64,000 nucleotides of DNA from Arenicellales bacterium (GTDB lineage Bacteria > Pseudomonadota > Gammaproteobacteria > Arenicellales > JAJDZL01): NCBI GenBank assembly GCA_965200545.1, contig CBDAUJ010000002.1, positions 1,288,850 through 1,352,849 of the forward strand. The letters run 5' to 3'. The notes beneath the pieces were generated by a model, which had not been told where the DNA came from, ran no database searches, and worked only from the letters and a program-made list of their open reading frames with translations. Shown one piece after another: positions 29,434 to 38,895 of this stretch; the stretch's first letter is position 1; each line of letters starts with the position of its first letter. The translations under genes were made by a program, and so were the position numbers.

Positions 29434-30700
29434 ATCGAATTCTCCTGCCAGAAGGATTGTGATCAATCAGAATCGCTTCTTCAATATGGATGGCAACTCT
29501 CTTACCGGCAGGTATGTAGATTGCATCGAAGGAAGTCAATTCACGGTCGCGGAGCCATTGCGAAATCTCCGACAGGGACTCGCGAGTGGCGTAGCCTGCA
29601 ACGAACTGATTTAGATCGCCGGTCACAGCCGTTGCAGTTTGACCAGTGGCCGGATCAAATCGACTCTCTGTCTGCGCAGTTGATAAGGCATCGGCAGTCG
29701 CCTCTGCGGTGTTGACAAGAGTCGACTGCGTCAGATACTGAAGTGCATTTGATTTCAGTTCGCCGGTGATACATGGATTGCCGAATTGATCGGATATCCA
29801 GCCGAGACCACGGGAAGTTCCAGAGGGGTCCGCTTTTAGCTGGATGGTTTGAATCGAACCGTCTTGAAAGATGAATGTTGCTGTGTCAACATTTCCAGAT
29901 ACGCACGATAAGGCGAAGTCTCCTCTGGCAGTTCCTGCCCACAGCATGCCGGCGAGTTGTGGAATTCGATGTCCGTTGGCCGCCAAATTTGCCGCACCAA
30001 CGATCACTTTGAATCTCCATGGGTCGTGAATTTGGCCATTGACCGGAATTCTCCCGATCAGCGCGGTCATCGCGGTTGCATCCAGAAGGGTAGTGGTTGG
30101 CGGTATCGTGTAATGCGCCTGAACGGCATTCTCAATTGTGGAGATATCAGAAGCTGTTGCAACGATATCTGTTTCAAGATTCAAATAATCGACACTGACT
30201 ACCGTATCGTCAAAGGATGCGGTGTCAGAGACACCATCGGAGTCGTGCCATACAAAATCCTGGGAGTCATGATGTGGCTGGATATACGCAGCGTAGTCGG
30301 GAGTTGAATTGTTTTGATGTTCCAGATCTGCTATTCGCGCCAGCAGCTGGTCAATTGCATTGTTCAGCTCATCGATTTGCGATTGACTGTTGTGGCCGTC
30401 AACTTTGTCTGAAATCTGTTCCAGCATTGTGCTCATCTTTTGCTGAAGTTGACTGCGCTGCGATTGCTCATGCACTTGCTGGCTCTCCAGAGCCTGTTCA
30501 AGATTGATGATCTTGGTCGCGACAGCACGAACCTCTTCGGCGGCATTATCGCGGTCCGCCAATAGTGCATTGGGGTCGTCACCTCCTGATTGATTTGCGA
30601 GAAAGTTGGTTTCGAAAGGGTAGTCATCAGACACTCCGAACCACACGAAACCGCCGATTGCCAAGGCGGAGACAAGCAAGAATATTGGGAGAAGTTTCAA
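29381..30700 (-). CDS. ICE Mpf protein with N-terminal TM and coiled coil (PFL_4705/TIGR03752-like)
   Basis: 439 aa. Assigned by topology and gene order. Confidence 0.55.
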   Translation of the reverse strand: MKLLPIFLLVSALAIGGFVWFGVSDDYPFETNFLANQSGGDDPNALLADRDNAAEEVRAVATKIINLEQALESQQVHEQSQRSQLQQKMSTMLEQISDKVDGHNSQSQIDELNNAIDQLLARIADLEHQNNSTPDYAAYIQPHHDSQDFVWHDSDGVSDTASFDDTVVSVDYLNLETDIVATASDISTIENAVQAHYTIPPTTTLLDATAMTALIGRIPVNGQIHDPWRFKVIVGAANLAANGHRIPQLAGMLWAGTARGDFALSCVSGNVDTATFIFQDGSIQTIQLKADPSGTSRGLGWISDQFGNPCITGELKSNALQYLTQSTLVNTAEATADALSTAQTESRFDPATGQTATAVTGDLNQFVAGYATRESLSEISQWLRDRELTSFDAIYIPAGKRVAIHIEEAILIDHNPSGRRIRYVSNNTAKFASIQGGLD

Positions 30701-30712
30701 AAGTATGCACGT

Positions 30713-31513
30713 TCAAAGCTGTGGAATTTGGAAAGGAAAATCCGAAATCAAGATTGCGACTGTGGTGTCATTCGGCTTATCCTTCGCTTGCAGCTTCGGG
30801 TGGACAAACGCAGCGGTTCTCCAGCTGCCGCGAATCTCGCGAGGATCAAGTGTCACGGACTCCGTCAAATTGTTCCTGATTTGTACCGCGGTGACGTAAT
30901 GATGCAGAGACTGCCAGCCTGCGATTGCCCAGGCATTGATACCGCCAGAACAAATTGATGGTCGGCGCCGGCCGCAGCGGAAGAGATCAAACAACTCGTC
31001 ATCAACAGACACTTGAACCACACCGGGCAGTTCGTTGAGAAGCCGCTTTGGTGAATAGAGCTGCTGAATGGCCCATCGGGTAAGCTCCACAAAACTGTAG
31101 CTCGGCAGGGTGTTGACGGATTGGCCAGCAACCGTATCCGGTTTGGGTTCGATGACGACCGCGGTCTCTGGAATGTCGAGTGTAACCGCGCGAATAGACA
31201 GAACTATCCGCCCCAGCGTTTCGGTGATCACAACCATGCGCCGATAGTCAAATGGTTCCTGTGCAGTCAGCCAGAGGCTGTTGCCGATTACTTGAACTTT
31301 GAGCAGTCGATTGACATCGCTCGGTATGCCAACGCGAATATTGGTCGCAGAGGGTACGGTAATGCGTCGTTCGGCATCCACTTCAATATCAATATTCACG
31401 GGTGTGCCAGTCCATTGAATTGTCACTGAATCTGCCGTCTGAACCTGCACCACAAGCACTGCGAGCGACAGTAGCTGAAAAATGCTTAATACAGATCGTA
31501 CGCGAAAGATCAT
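30713..31513 (-). CDS. ICE Mpf periplasmic protein (PFL_4704/TIGR03749-like)
   Basis: Signal peptide MIFRVRSVLSIFQLLSLAVLVVQVQTA. The start at 31513 makes an ATGA overlap with the upstream stop. Confidence 0.55.
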   Translation of the reverse strand: MIFRVRSVLSIFQLLSLAVLVVQVQTADSVTIQWTGTPVNIDIEVDAERRITVPSATNIRVGIPSDVNRLLKVQVIGNSLWLTAQEPFDYRRMVVITETLGRIVLSIRAVTLDIPETAVVIEPKPDTVAGQSVNTLPSYSFVELTRWAIQQLYSPKRLLNELPGVVQVSVDDELFDLFRCGRRRPSICSGGINAWAIAGWQSLHHYVTAVQIRNNLTESVTLDPREIRGSWRTAAFVHPKLQAKDKPNDTTVAILISDFPFQIPQL

Positions 31514-32127
31514 GACGTATAGCCGCTCAGTCGTTCGGGCGCGCGCGGCATTGTATCGAGTTGCAGACCCCAAGGATTGAATTCTGGATCGACTGGATTT
31601 GAGATGACTTTCAGATGGTATCGGATGCGTACGTTTTTCACCGATACACCGCCGATGTTCTCGTTGAGTTCAACGTCCAGCTTGACATGCCAAACTCCAG
31701 ATTCAAGGTGGGAAACCGAAGCGGCCAAATTGCTGTCCTCAAGTGGCAGGATATAGCGTGTTCGTCCCAGCAACTCGCCGCTGCGACGGTTGCTGTCGTG
31801 CCTGAGCCATGCTTTGAACGCGGGCGTGATGAAAGCGGTCAGTCGATCGAGATTTTTTGGGTAATCCTTAAAGCAGTCCAGCGGACAGCGGTTGACTTGT
31901 TGCCAGATGTATCCGGCGAAGTTATAGACTTCCCAAGGGTGAATTTCATTCAGCAAGACTTGGCTGCCGTAGCGCAAATCAGGTGGAATGCTGATACGTT
32001 GAACGCGGGTTGCATAGTGCCACCCCATCAATGCTGCAATCAGGCAGAAAGCAAGAATAAGCGTGATCATGCGCAAGGTGCGAATGTGACTGTGCAAGTT
32101 TGCGTCGGCGTGGAGGTATCGCACCAT
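31510..32127 (-). CDS. ICE Mpf membrane-anchored protein (PFL_4703/TIGR03746-like)
   Basis: 205 aa with a single N-terminal TM. Assigned by gene order. Confidence 0.5.
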   Translation of the reverse strand: MVRYLHADANLHSHIRTLRMITLILAFCLIAALMGWHYATRVQRISIPPDLRYGSQVLLNEIHPWEVYNFAGYIWQQVNRCPLDCFKDYPKNLDRLTAFITPAFKAWLRHDSNRRSGELLGRTRYILPLEDSNLAASVSHLESGVWHVKLDVELNENIGGVSVKNVRIRYHLKVISNPVDPEFNPWGLQLDTMPRAPERLSGYTS

Positions 32128-32130
32128 GCT

Positions 32131-32484
32131 TCAATGATCCCGGCTCGTTGACCAGCAGCCTGATTTGAGGATGAGATTCGGACAAAGCATAGGATAGAAT
32201 AAACAATAGAACTTTCTTACATGCCAGCCCTCAGGCTTGCCTTGCTTGACTTTGCGCAGGATGTGTGCCACCGCAACGACCGTCGTGACAGTGCCGATGG
32301 CCATGATTGCAAAAGACAGGTACAGCGCATGCTGACCGCTGAGTATTGTGTTGCCGGCAATGAGAGCCAGCGGTACCCATGAACAGGCGACGGATGCAGT
32401 GATTGAAAACAGTTCGCTTGCGCCGCATCCCTTGTATAGTCGAGTCTCGTAATCGAGCGCTCCGCATGGCACGAGATTGGTCAT
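32131..32484 (-). CDS. ICE Mpf small membrane protein (TIGR03750-like)
   Basis: 117 aa with two TM helices. Assigned by gene order. Confidence 0.5.
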   Translation of the reverse strand: MTNLVPCGALDYETRLYKGCGASELFSITASVACSWVPLALIAGNTILSGQHALYLSFAIMAIGTVTTVVAVAHILRKVKQGKPEGWHVRKFYCLFYPMLCPNLILKSGCWSTSRDH

Positions 32485-32882
32485 ACAGTCAATATCTCAC
32501 TGAGACGTTCAGATCCCCACCAGGCGCCGAAGATCACGACCAAAATGACTAGCAGGCCAGCGCCGAAATAAATCGAAAACCGTCCCCATTCGCCTTTTTT
32601 GCGAGCCTCGTTGACCTCAGAAATCAAGCCGCTGGAAAAACCGATGAGTGCGAATATTACGATTATCGTCAGTGCTAGAAATGTCAAGTATCTAATTATT
32701 TCAATGATATACGCCATCGGGTCATCTGCGTTGAAAGCTGTCGATCCAATTTTTGGTGGCTCTGGCAGAATAGGATCGGCAAAACTGATTCCTGAAAGCA
32801 GTGTCAGACCGGTCAGGCACAGGATAAGCGCAGTCAGGTTGAGTAGCTTGGTAAAGCTTGCATAGTGTGTAATGGTTTTCAT
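32481..32882 (-). CDS. ICE Mpf membrane protein (PFL_4702/TIGR03745-like, pilin-like)
   Basis: 133 aa with a signal sequence plus two TM helices. Assigned by gene order. Confidence 0.5.
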   Translation of the reverse strand: MKTITHYASFTKLLNLTALILCLTGLTLLSGISFADPILPEPPKIGSTAFNADDPMAYIIEIIRYLTFLALTIIVIFALIGFSSGLISEVNEARKKGEWGRFSIYFGAGLLVILVVIFGAWWGSERLSEILTV

Positions 32883-32883
32883 A

Positions 32884-33105
32884 CTAAAGAAAAGAGATGA
32901 TTGTCAATATTCCCAATGTGGTTGCCAAGGCTCGAAACACTTCGCCAATCAGTTCTATGAAATTGATTTGATTGTTGCGCAACTGCCCCAAGATGGAATA
33001 GGCAATCCAGCTCCACCATCCGATTGAAGCAGCTGAGATAGTCGCTGTAATGATGGTTTTGAGTATTCTGAAACTTGATGCTGTTTCCAGCCCAAAGATG
33101 TCCAT
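32884..33105 (-). CDS. ICE Mpf small membrane protein (PFL_4701/TIGR03758-like)
   Basis: 73 aa with two TM helices. Assigned by gene order. Confidence 0.45.
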   Translation of the reverse strand: MDIFGLETASSFRILKTIITATISAASIGWWSWIAYSILGQLRNNQINFIELIGEVFRALATTLGILTIISFL

Positions 33106-33108
33106 GTT

Positions 33109-33504
33109 TTACCGACCATAGTGTCCGCCCATCGGCTTTAGAGTCCGCGGCTGATAATCGGGTGTACGCAAGTAGGTTTGAATGCCAAAAATGATTGACG
33201 ACAAATCCAGGTCCAGTTGCCGGTAGTCAAAGTGTATTCGGGCATCCGGATTCGATTTGAATTCTGCTTCATCAGCCAGTGTGTCCAGTTCGTTCAGGTA
33301 GTGCACCAGTCGGGTCAATATTTTTTTCTCGGCGTCATTGGTTCTGGCAATCAATCGGGGTTGTATATCTGTGACCAGAATTTCATTTTCCGCCACCGAG
33401 GTCCGCGTTTCGCTCGCAGGCTGTTTATTATGTGAACTCATGCAGCCCGAAAGAGTGGCCGTGCTGATGAAAGCGAAAAGTGTGAGCCAGGTAAATTTCA
33501 TCAT
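33109..33504 (-). CDS. RAQPRD-family ICE lipoprotein-like protein
   Basis: 131 aa with lipobox LSGC. A C-terminal ...DYQPRTL... sits where the RAQPRD motif is expected. It is the first gene of the small-protein Mpf block. Confidence 0.5.
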   Translation of the reverse strand: MMKFTWLTLFAFISTATLSGCMSSHNKQPASETRTSVAENEILVTDIQPRLIARTNDAEKKILTRLVHYLNELDTLADEAEFKSNPDARIHFDYRQLDLDLSSIIFGIQTYLRTPDYQPRTLKPMGGHYGR

Positions 33505-33652
33505 GAGAGAATTTATACTGATGCTGGCTCAATGATCAAAACTAAAACTTAATTTGCGCGGAGGCGAGTTTTTTCACTCGAATCGACCTGATTCAGAGAT
33601 GCAAGCCGGTGCATTGTCATTGAGTTCGCGAAGTCAGCGCTCGACAACCGTT

Positions 33653-34339
33653 TCATTTGATTTGATACAGTCCATTTTTCAGATTTTTGTAGCGTCCAGT
33701 CGCTGCGGCAATTTTTACGCGCCCGCTATCGATTGAGTCGGGTGAAAATCTGTCTTTCTCATCCCAGCCGCGAATGTCGGTTCCGCCCGTGCTATTTTTG
33801 ATGTAGATGTTGAGTTGATTGCCCTGCTGGACTTTTTCTACTGCATGGCTTAAGTCTGTTTCACAGCTCGGTTTGAGACAGGGAACCGATGTGATCAGTA
33901 TGTATTGGATTTTCGATGCTGCCGGCTGGCCGTGTTTGGCGACTAAGCTCTGCATCGCTTTGATGTATTCGGCTTCAAACTTCAAAATTGCCTCAGCTAC
34001 GGCGAGCTGTTGCCGTGCCAGCATATCGGCGTATTGTTTTTGCTTTTCTTCACTGATTGCAAAAATACCCAGCAGCTCAAGGGGTGACAGATCGTCGCTG
34101 ACAAAGCCTTTGAACCTGACTTTAAGCTGTTCAACCGTATCCAGCTCCTGTTGCGATAGTTGCCGCAGCTGAAGATCGGCAAATTGCGAAATTTGGATGC
34201 TGCTTGCCTTATGTTGACTCAATGTCTGCTGTTGCGCGTTGGACGCAGTCGTTGCTGCCGCAATCGCCGCCACACATAAAATTTGAAGCATATGCAGAAC
34301 TTTCCCATAAGATTTCGCTCGATAAGGCTTTTGACTCAT
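33653..34339 (-). CDS. ICE-associated secreted protein (position of the PFL_4693/TIGR03759 family)
   Basis: The signal peptide MLQILCVAAIAAATTASNA follows an internal Met. The start was trimmed so it does not overlap the upstream gene. Confidence 0.4.
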   Translation of the reverse strand: MSQKPYRAKSYGKVLHMLQILCVAAIAAATTASNAQQQTLSQHKASSIQISQFADLQLRQLSQQELDTVEQLKVRFKGFVSDDLSPLELLGIFAISEEKQKQYADMLARQQLAVAEAILKFEAEYIKAMQSLVAKHGQPAASKIQYILITSVPCLKPSCETDLSHAVEKVQQGNQLNIYIKNSTGGTDIRGWDEKDRFSPDSIDSGRVKIAAATGRYKNLKNGLYQIK

Positions 34340-34439
34340 GATGGAACGTGATGCAGTCGGGCCGCAATCAGAATTTCGCTCGATTCGATAGAATTTCCAC
34401 TGTGATTTTTGCAGGCAAATCCTGACACTTTGTGCGATG

Positions 34440-35189
34440 CTATCCATCGACACGCAATTCAGCCTCAACGCCGCGGTCAGACTTGAATACGGCAATTTGC
34501 TTTGCGGGATGAAGAGCCATAAGCTGCCAGCCGGCTCGCGATGAATTCGGTTCGATCATTGTGATCTGGCCATTTAGTTCGAGTACGGCATTCCATTGAT
34601 TCTGCCATTGATCGATGCCGATCAGACGGAAAGGCGGAGTACTCTGATGCGGCATCAGCTCAACACTCGACAATGTCGGTTTGCTTATTTCGTCCATGGA
34701 TATTTTTGCATCCAATTGCGCCGACAATGTGCTCATCTGACGGGATGTGGAATGGTAGGCTTCGGTGACTGAGGCAAGTTGCGCCTTCAGGTTGTCAATT
34801 GCGTTCAAACGCTCATCAAAATACAGCAAAGCATCATTTGCGCGGTTGAGATTGACTTGCAGCTGGCTGATCTTCGCTGTGAGTTCTGAATATGCTGCGG
34901 TGTCGGGACATTGCTCAACTGGGCAAGGGCGGTTCTCGATTTGACTGCCGCTTTTTTCCAATCCTGTCTCGTCGGGAAGTGCTACCACGGACCTGCGCTC
35001 GTCTATCGACAACCGCTCTGTGTCCATGATTTCTTGAATTGTCGCTGGTGGGATTGGCGGCGCGGCCTTGATATTCTGATAGATCCACAATCCACCGATC
35101 GCCGCAATCAGCAAGCTGGCGGTGACCGCAGAAAAAAGCAAAAATTTGTTTGCTGCCTTGTGTCCGCTGCTGGGTCGCAGTAACTTCAT
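34440..35189 (-). CDS. type IVb pilus accessory protein (PilM position; PilP-like C-terminal domain)
   Basis: 249 aa with an N-terminal TM, a coiled coil and a C-terminal domain resembling that of the PilP-like ORF at 41844-42368. It is the last gene of the pil cluster. Confidence 0.45.
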   Translation of the reverse strand: MKLLRPSSGHKAANKFLLFSAVTASLLIAAIGGLWIYQNIKAAPPIPPATIQEIMDTERLSIDERRSVVALPDETGLEKSGSQIENRPCPVEQCPDTAAYSELTAKISQLQVNLNRANDALLYFDERLNAIDNLKAQLASVTEAYHSTSRQMSTLSAQLDAKISMDEISKPTLSSVELMPHQSTPPFRLIGIDQWQNQWNAVLELNGQITMIEPNSSRAGWQLMALHPAKQIAVFKSDRGVEAELRVDG

Positions 35190-35683
35190 CTGTCCGCTCT
35201 CGGCAATGGCAGTGCTTGCAGGACCATGGAATCAAATGGCAGTTGCGAGACAGCAGACAGGCTGATGAATCCGAAAGCGGTGATGACCAGCCCAACACCA
35301 AAAGGTTTTACCGCCCGGCGTGGATAAATGATCAGTGTGGCAAGTGCCGCGAACAGCAGAAAAAATGGCAGTGAACTGTGTCCAAACCACCCGCCTAAAG
35401 CCGCCATGAGTTTCGCATCTCCATATCCGAAATCCGGATTTCCCCCGAACCAATGCAGTACGGTGTAAATTGACCTTATCGACAGGTAGCCGCAAATGAT
35501 GCCGGCGAATGATTCGATCAAGGTGGTGAAAATATCTGCTGTGCTCAATGCAACGCCGGCACAAAGTAACGGCAAAACATAGCGATTAGGCAGTCGATTG
35601 GCTCGGTGGTCTGCAATAAGCAGCCGCAGGAGCAGGTAAATCCCCGCAAAAATCAGACAAAATGGAATAATCTGAAGCAGCAT
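35186..35683 (-). CDS. prepilin peptidase (A24 family, short form)
   Basis: It has both Asp boxes (IADHRANRLPN and GYGDAKLMAALGGWFG). The start was moved to MLLQIIPF to remove the 83-nt overlap with pilV. No methyltransferase or cysteine-rich N-domain is present. Confidence 0.7.
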   Translation of the reverse strand: MLLQIIPFCLIFAGIYLLLRLLIADHRANRLPNRYVLPLLCAGVALSTADIFTTLIESFAGIICGYLSIRSIYTVLHWFGGNPDFGYGDAKLMAALGGWFGHSSLPFFLLFAALATLIIYPRRAVKPFGVGLVITAFGFISLSAVSQLPFDSMVLQALPLPRADR

Positions 35684-35723
35684 GAGCAACAATCCAATGG
35701 TCTGAGTTCGGCACTGAGCGGTG

Positions 35724-37256
35724 TCATTTGCAACTGCCCGGGTCTGGCGCAATACATGGACAAGAGCGATAAAAGTTGACTCTGTATGAAACGCACGAGT
35801 TGCCATCCGCTGATTGAACCTTGTAAATTCCGGGATTTCCCGTCCATGGATTCAAGGGTTTTCTCCTGGAAAGTGAAATTGTGTCCCCGCAGCGGTCGAC
35901 GGCTGTGCAGTAGCCGCTGTGACATGAGGACGAGCCAACTCCGGTTGACAGATCAAAATGAATTTGGTAACCGCTGGCTGCTTTTGAAGTTATCAGTTCT
36001 GATTTCGAGGGTGAGCACAGCGCATCGCCGGATGAGTTGCCCGGCATCGAAGCAATATTGGACTCGAGCGCGTCAATGTCCAGATTCGCTTGATTGAGAT
36101 CCGTGCGCAGTTTGCCGATCGCAGATGTATTCACGTTGACTTTACCGCCAAGCAGACTGATTTGTGAGGCATTAGTGGCGATTTTGGCTTGATTGGCACT
36201 GTGCGCCAAAGTATTCGCTTGCACATCGGATTTCAGGCCTGCGATATCTCCATCAATTCTGACGATGTCGCTACTTTGGTCGAAGCGATCAAAACCGGCT
36301 CCAGAAACACCGTCAGCAGGCATGACTTTGAGCGCATCCACCTGCGCTGAGTCTGCAGTCAATGCGGCGGCTTCAATGCTGCCGCTGACTACCAAGCCGC
36401 CAGACAGGGTTTGAATTTCAACGTTGCCGTCGCCGCCGAAAGTCAAACCCTCCCCATCAATGCCAATTTGCATGCCGTTGTTGAATGTCAGTGCACCGGT
36501 CATTTGATTGCTGCCATCCAAACGCAGGAAGGGTGAGTTATTGTCTATCGATCCAACTTGAGCCAAAATTCTTGCGAGGTCATCAATTGCGGATTGGTCA
36601 TAGCTCGGGTCATTGGGATCCGTGATCAGTCCGGTCAAATCTTCTTTTGCAAATGCCAGGTTGAAAGATTCAAATACACCTGCACTGCCTTGCTTTGCGG
36701 CGGTCTGATAAACGATAGCGGCCAAGTCGGGTCTCGCCAAAGGCGCGGAACCGGCAGTTTCGGTCCCGGCGCGGAAAGTCCCGAAATCGATTGTGCCGAC
36801 TGCGCCCGGCATGCCAACATTCACAACGATCTCCAATACGCCAAAGTTGATTGGATTGTTGTTTTGGTCGAAAGCATACGGAATTGCAGTTTGCTTGCTG
36901 AAAGTGCAGGGAAGATATCGGTCGCCATCTGGATCGGCACAATCTTGCAGGTCATCGGCGGAGTACGTGCCGTCAACGGCGGGTGGTTCATTCGCGATCC
37001 ACGCTGCGGCGGCTGACGCATAGGCAGCTACGAGTTGTCCAGCCCGAGCCGCGCGATCGTATTCAAAGTCGCTGTTTTTGGCCTGAACAGTGATCAGCAA
37101 GATGGCGAGACCGATGCCGATGGCAATCAAGCTTTCGGCAATGGTGATGGCGCCGTGTTCGTTGTGCAAAAAACGCAGGTGCATTTTGAGCGCTCCAGTA
37201 GCATGCGATTTCAAGAGTCTTTTCAAGAGTCTAGCCTCCGAACGTCCAAACGACAT
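35724..37256 (-). CDS. pilV: type IVb minor pilin / adhesin PilV-like (shufflon-N-like, no shufflon)
   Basis: A long type IVb leader ends ...NEHG|AITIAESLIAIG. This is followed by a tail-fibre-like repeat/coiled-coil segment and a Cys-rich C-terminus. An alternative start lies at 37184. Confidence 0.7.
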   Translation of the reverse strand: MSFGRSEARLLKRLLKSHATGALKMHLRFLHNEHGAITIAESLIAIGIGLAILLITVQAKNSDFEYDRAARAGQLVAAYASAAAAWIANEPPAVDGTYSADDLQDCADPDGDRYLPCTFSKQTAIPYAFDQNNNPINFGVLEIVVNVGMPGAVGTIDFGTFRAGTETAGSAPLARPDLAAIVYQTAAKQGSAGVFESFNLAFAKEDLTGLITDPNDPSYDQSAIDDLARILAQVGSIDNNSPFLRLDGSNQMTGALTFNNGMQIGIDGEGLTFGGDGNVEIQTLSGGLVVSGSIEAAALTADSAQVDALKVMPADGVSGAGFDRFDQSSDIVRIDGDIAGLKSDVQANTLAHSANQAKIATNASQISLLGGKVNVNTSAIGKLRTDLNQANLDIDALESNIASMPGNSSGDALCSPSKSELITSKAASGYQIHFDLSTGVGSSSCHSGYCTAVDRCGDTISLSRRKPLNPWTGNPGIYKVQSADGNSCVSYRVNFYRSCPCIAPDPGSCK

Positions 37257-37836
37257 CGCCGGATGTGTTTTCTTTGCATAGCTTGGCTATATTCGCAGCG
37301 GAAGTCGGTTGATCATCAGCGGCCGCCGGCGCAGCCAAGTCGACCTTAGTGCTGCCAATCTTGACGCTCTCCGCCAAATCCAGTGTTGTTGTTGAAAGCG
37401 ATACGCATGCGTTCGGATTCATACCCTTGAAGGTGACTGTGAAGGTCTTGTTGCTGGTTCCAGGGTTGATTTCGACGGCTCCTCCCCATGGATGCTGTGC
37501 TGCCGTTTCGGTGCGGAAATTTGGCGGGAATCCGGACAGATTGCGAGCCAGTTCCGTATTGAGTCCGGTAAAGTTATTGCGTACACCGAAAGTAGTCCGC
37601 ACTGCTGTCGCAATTTGCGTCATTCCTATGACCGCTGCGGAGGTGTTGCGAGCGTCAACCACTGCGGGAATGCCGGCGAATACAATTGTCAATATGGTTG
37701 CGCCGACACCCAAGGCGATCAGCGTTTCAGCGACTGTAATTGCACCATGTTCCTTGTCTCTTTGGTCGTTGAAATTTAACCGCCTAGCAAGCCGATTCAT
37801 TGGAGTTGTGACGGAAAATAGGTTGGTCATTCTCAT
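37231..37836 (-). CDS. pilS: type IVb major prepilin PilS-like
   Basis: A leader ends ...DKEHG|AITVAETLIALGV, followed by a hydrophobic N-terminal helix. About 200 aa. Confidence 0.75.
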   Translation of the reverse strand: MRMTNLFSVTTPMNRLARRLNFNDQRDKEHGAITVAETLIALGVGATILTIVFAGIPAVVDARNTSAAVIGMTQIATAVRTTFGVRNNFTGLNTELARNLSGFPPNFRTETAAQHPWGGAVEINPGTSNKTFTVTFKGMNPNACVSLSTTTLDLAESVKIGSTKVDLAAPAAADDQPTSAANIAKLCKENTSGDVVWTFGG

Positions 37837-37855
37837 TTTTCTCTCCCTAAGTCAT

Positions 37856-38881
37856 TTAGAATGCGTTATTTTGCACGGTCAGTGCCACCTGTGCAATGCC
37901 GTAATAGATCCAGATCGCTGTTGCAGCGATAACGATTAGCAGTATGCTTGAAAGCACTTTTGTTGTGTTTTCCAGTCGTTTCAGCGCACGATCAATGTCG
38001 TCTTGCGTGATGTCGTTTGCATGTGCGCTGAAGTCTCCGGTACGTTCAAATATGCGCAGGTCGTCCAGTGTCTCCACAGAAAACAAGCCTGTGTTCATGG
38101 CGATTTCGACTGGATCACCTCGATACAGGTGCGATCGCATTTGATGGACATGAGAGGCAAGATATCGAGGCAGATTGTTTTCCAATTGACTCAGCGCCCG
38201 AATTCGCTGAATGCCAGCTTGCATCAGTGCCAGCCATACGGATAGAATTTCCGGCCCAGTCAATTGCCGATAGATCGCAAATGGCGGGAACCAGTCCAAT
38301 CGGTTGCGCAGCGGCCCGTCCCAGCGCGGCGCTGCCCAGATAGATGTCACAATAATGCCAATCACAGCTGCCGCAGCGAGCAGACCCCAAGTGGCGATAA
38401 GATCTGAAACCAGCAGAATGCTTCTTGAGACCGGCGACCAGCGCTCCGGTTCCACGATGCCAACCATGACATCAAGCGCAAAGCGTGGGAGCATGGCGAT
38501 CACTGTGCCGCCGGCAACCAGCAGTATTGTGGGATAGGTCAGACCAGAAAATAAAGTCGATCGCAGCTTGCTTCGCACTTCAGCAATCCGCGCAGCTTGT
38601 TCAAACCCTTCTGCGATGCGGCCTTCCTGTGTGATCGCGATGATCGCGAGTTCTTCTGGCGGTACCCAGCCTCTGGCACCGGCTGCGAAGCCGGCAGAGC
38701 GTACCGCCACTCTTTGGTGCCGAATAAAGTTGGCGGTGGCTCTTCCACCCGTTTTGCTTTCCTGCAGAAATTCTAATGCAGTTGTAATTGGAACTCCGGC
38801 TCGGCTGAGCGAACCGATACGATGCCACACCTTGGCGCGTGATTTTGAAGACAATCGAAATTGGGCACGACTGGCCTTCAA
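37856..38881 (-). CDS. pilR: type IVb pilus platform protein PilR (GspF family)
   Basis: 341-aa polytopic protein of GspF/PilC type. Its TTG start lies 7 nt from the IS target duplication. Confidence 0.7.
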   Translation of the reverse strand: MKASRAQFRLSSKSRAKVWHRIGSLSRAGVPITTALEFLQESKTGGRATANFIRHQRVAVRSAGFAAGARGWVPPEELAIIAITQEGRIAEGFEQAARIAEVRSKLRSTLFSGLTYPTILLVAGGTVIAMLPRFALDVMVGIVEPERWSPVSRSILLVSDLIATWGLLAAAAVIGIIVTSIWAAPRWDGPLRNRLDWFPPFAIYRQLTGPEILSVWLALMQAGIQRIRALSQLENNLPRYLASHVHQMRSHLYRGDPVEIAMNTGLFSVETLDDLRIFERTGDFSAHANDITQDDIDRALKRLENTTKVLSSILLIVIAATAIWIYYGIAQVALTVQNNAF

Positions 38882-38895
38882 GTAAATTAAATTAA

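Noticed and set aside
35186-35900. A shufflon at the 3' end of pilV.
   Set aside because: There are no sfx-like 19-bp inverted repeats, no alternative C-terminal cassettes and no adjacent rci. The prepilin peptidase gene follows directly.
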